The notes under the pieces: model-generated
Databases searched by the model: none
Told to the model about the DNA's origin: nothing
What the model saw: the letters and a program-made list of their open reading frames with translations, nothing else
Made by a program: the position numbers and the translations under genes
Assembly: GCF_001194135.2 (NCBI RefSeq)
Contig: NC_068995.1
Coordinates: 15,178,626-15,234,465, forward strand
Direction of reading: 5' to 3'
DNA length: 55,840 nucleotides
From: Octopus bimaculoides
Taxonomy: Eukaryota
Shown here: positions 36,106 through 55,840 of the stretch, piece by piece
How positions within the stretch are numbered: the stretch's first letter is position 1
How the letters are laid out: each line of letters starts with the position of its first letter

Positions 36106-36336
36106 TTAATCATGCATTGTCTTTTAGCTTTGAGACTTTGATTATGGGATAGTTTACTTTTAGTATGACATTGTGAGGTAGGCATGAGAAACTGTTTTTG
36201 GCCAGTTTGAGCATAAAAAAAAAAGAATATTTTGGCTAGATATGCTGGTTTAAATGTTAAAAGGTTTACTTTATTCTTACTCTTTTGTAGTTTTGACAGC
36301 TGTAGTAACTGAAATTTCCCAACACTAAGCAATAAA

Positions 36337-53135
<16,799 letters not shown>

Positions 53136-53289
53136 AATGTCTACTTAAACATATTCATCTGTGGTTGCTTCAGTTGTAGTTTTAGTTAGTGTTTGAAGTG
53201 TTTTTTTGTATTGTTGTAATCACAAAAAGAGAGAAAGAAGGAAAGTTATGTTGAGGAGTCTTGTAGAATTACTGGACATAACCTGGAGA

Positions 53290-53560
53290 GTTGCAGAGTT
53301 GCTTGCGGTGACTTGCAGAGTTGCTGGAGGTGACTTGTAGAGTTGCTGGAGGTGACTTGTAGAGTTGCTGGAGGTGACTTGTAGAGTTGCTGGAGGTGAC
53401 TTGTAGAGTTGTTGGAGGTGACTTGTAGAGTTGCTGGGGGTGACTTGTAGATTTGCTGAAGGTGACTTGTAGAGTTGCTGGGGGTGAATTGCAAGGTTGT
53501 TGGAGGTGACTTGTAGAGTTGCTGGAGGTGACTTGTAGAGTTACTGGAGGTGACTTTAGA
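53290..53560. repeat. 22-bp minisatellite (GTTGCTGGAGGTGACTTGTAGA), about 12 copies
   Basis: Read directly from the sequence. Confidence 0.92.
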
Positions 53561-53834
53561 CTATTTGGGCAACTCATTGTTACTACTGGTTTAGCTCCTA
53601 AGCCAGCCTTGATTGAGTTAGGCCTACAATAAAAGGTAAACCAGCTTTGACCATCCCATCTTTTAAGAGATATCTCTGTTATCTAATATGGGTATATAGG
53701 GATAACTCTATTATGTAATGTGTTCTTTTAATTCTTTAAAACAGTAGAGATGTGATTTGAAATATATTTAGCTGCTATTTCTAGCAGACCGATCAACTAC
53801 ATAGAGGCTCCATAGGGAGGCTAGTGGTGGCTCT

Positions 53835-54330
53835 CTGAATAGCTGGAGGTGATTTGCAGACCAGTTAGAAGTGTCTTGTAGAATAGTTTGAGGGTACTTT
53901 CAGAAAAGCTGGAGTGTATCTGTAGAAGTAGGTTGGAAGAAGGGTTATAGAATAGATGAAGGTGAGTTGTACAATGGTCAGAAGGTACTTTTAGAATAGC
54001 TGGGAGTGACTTGCAGAATAACTGGAAGTGAGTTGCGGAATATCTAGAGATGATTCAGTAAATAGGTGAAGATAACTCACAGAAGAGATGGAGATGACTC
54101 ATAGAATAGCTGGAGGTGACTTGCAGAATAACTGGTGATGACTCACAGAACGGCTGGAGGTGGCTCTCAGAATAGCTGATGCTTCACAGAATAACTGGAG
54201 AATAACTGCTGAATAGCTGGAGCTGACTTGCGGAATAGCTGAAGATAACTCACAGAATAGCAGAAGGTGACCCTCAAAATAGCTGGAGATGACTTGTAGA
54301 ATAGTCAAAGATGATTCACAGAATAGCTGG
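53835..54330. repeat. Older, diverged 22-bp array (GAATAGCTGGAGGTGACTTGCA-like)
   Basis: Recurrent gaatagctggag...gacttgca/tca at ~22-nt spacing. Confidence 0.7.
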
Positions 54331-55545
54331 ATATAAATTATTGTCATTAAAGTCATCGTTTTTAAGTAATTATGTTTATTAAATTCTGTAGCAGTCAACT
54401 ATCTTATGATTACTGGAATACACACCATTGTATAACTGGTATTTACTTTCTAGTGATTAAAAAAAATGAACGATTAGGTTAATGATGAAAGAATCTGTAT
54501 TGAGATTCTTTTACTAAAACTCAGAACATTCTACAAACTTGTTTCTTTGTAATAAAAAATTGAAAAGAAAAAAAGACAATGAAAACTGTCAAAATGTATA
54601 AAAAAATATTACTTTATATATAACCAATAATTTATATACATAACTAATAATTTATAATTGCTTTGTTGTAAATATCTATTTATTATATATTGATCTGTTA
54701 TGTTATAAACTGTATGAATGTGGAACTGTGTATGTGTGTGTGTGTATATATGTGTGTGTATAAGTTTTAATAACTTGTTATTTATATCACAGATGTCTAT
54801 AGAATTTGAAGATGTAAATAAACCAACAATTTCCTTGTATTAAACTGTTGTCTGTCACGTTTCTTTTCTCATTATGTTAACACTACAGATGAAGGCACAT
54901 GGCCTAGTGGTTAGGATGTTACACTCATGATCAACGAATCATGATTTCAATTCCTGGACCAGGCAACGTGATGTATTTTTCATTTCTCCTACTCTTTTTA
55001 TTTTTTGTTTGTTTCAGTCATTAGACTGTAGCCATGCTGGAGCATCACCTTGAAGAATTTCTAGTCAATTGAATCAATTCCAGTACTTATTTTTTTAGCC
55101 TGGTACTTACTGTATCAGTCTCTTTTGCCATACCGCTAAGTTATTGGGAGCATAACCACACCAACACCGGTTGACAAGCAGTGGTGAGGAACAAACACAA
55201 TGACATATACACACATATCTAGCGCCTTACTCTACTCAAGAAGACCCATCCTTCACAGCAGAAATGTTAAGGCTGCTCCCGCCGATGAGGATTGGCCTGC
55301 AAGAGTCCTGTGCTAGAGTCACATAAAAGGCACTCATGCCGGCACCATATAAAAGTGCTTGGGCCTGTGTCAAATTAAAAGCACCCAGCACACAGTAAAG
55401 TGGGTGTCGTTAGGAAGGGCATCCAGCCATAGAAAGAATGCTGAGACAGACAAACCTGATGCAGCTTTTCAGCCTGCCAGTTCTGGTCAAACTATCCAAC
55501 CCATGCCAGCATGGAAAACAGACATTAAAGGAAGATGATGATGAT

Positions 55546-55581
<36 letters not shown>

Positions 55582-55706
55582 ATAATAATATAGATTTAAT
55601 CAAAAGATTAAATGTGGTACTTAAAATGTTTGAGGCACCAGAATTTGGTAGGGTAAAAACCAAAAACAAAATCAAGAGATTTGGTGAATAAAATTTGAAG
55701 AAAAGC

Positions 55707-55840
55707 AACAAAAATTCAATAGGTTATAGCAGTACGTACGTTTCATGCAAACTTCATTTATTCATGTAGTGAGAACACTACATGAATAAATGAAGTTTGT
55801 ACGAAACGTACATACTGCTATAACCTATTGAATTTTGGTT
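55707..55840. repeat. Near-perfect 65-bp inverted repeat with a 4-nt loop (runs to window end)
   Basis: 55707-55771 pairs with 55776-55840; 4 non-Watson-Crick positions; loop AGAA. Confidence 0.92.

Overview
Eukaryotic, AT-rich, repeat-dense scaffold window with nine N-gaps. The SINE and microsatellite repertoire suggests an octopod cephalopod (inference). It holds two spliced genes in head-to-head orientation, both assembled by hand from GT-AG junctions with consistent phases. (1) Microsomal glutathione S-transferase 3 (MGST3, MAPEG family): minus strand, 5 coding exons, 27030 to 4476, 426 nt, 141 aa. (2) Stomatin-like protein 1 (STOML1/UNC-24 type; SPFH domain plus C-terminal SCP2 domain): plus strand, 9 coding exons, 36337 to 53135, 1269 nt, 422 aa. 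The rest is mobile DNA: at least five SINE-like families, R4/Dong-type LINE 3' ends, a decayed Penelope-like GIY-YIG fragment with a direct terminal duplication, Tc1/mariner, piggyBac and hAT MITEs, a Helentron-type HINE, fold-back hairpins and several minisatellites. I found no convincing new multi-gene system. The leads most worth checking are: a sharply bounded ~10 kb CpG-retaining domain spanning both promoters; the Penelope-like unit carrying a Ser/Thr-rich repeat ORF; a Lys in MGST3 where MAPEG proteins usually have Arg, possibly restored by A-to-I editing; a candidate YY1/uORF first exon for STOML1; ATT-tract-associated SINE insertion; and several long hairpins. TE boundaries without a stated TSD are approximate.
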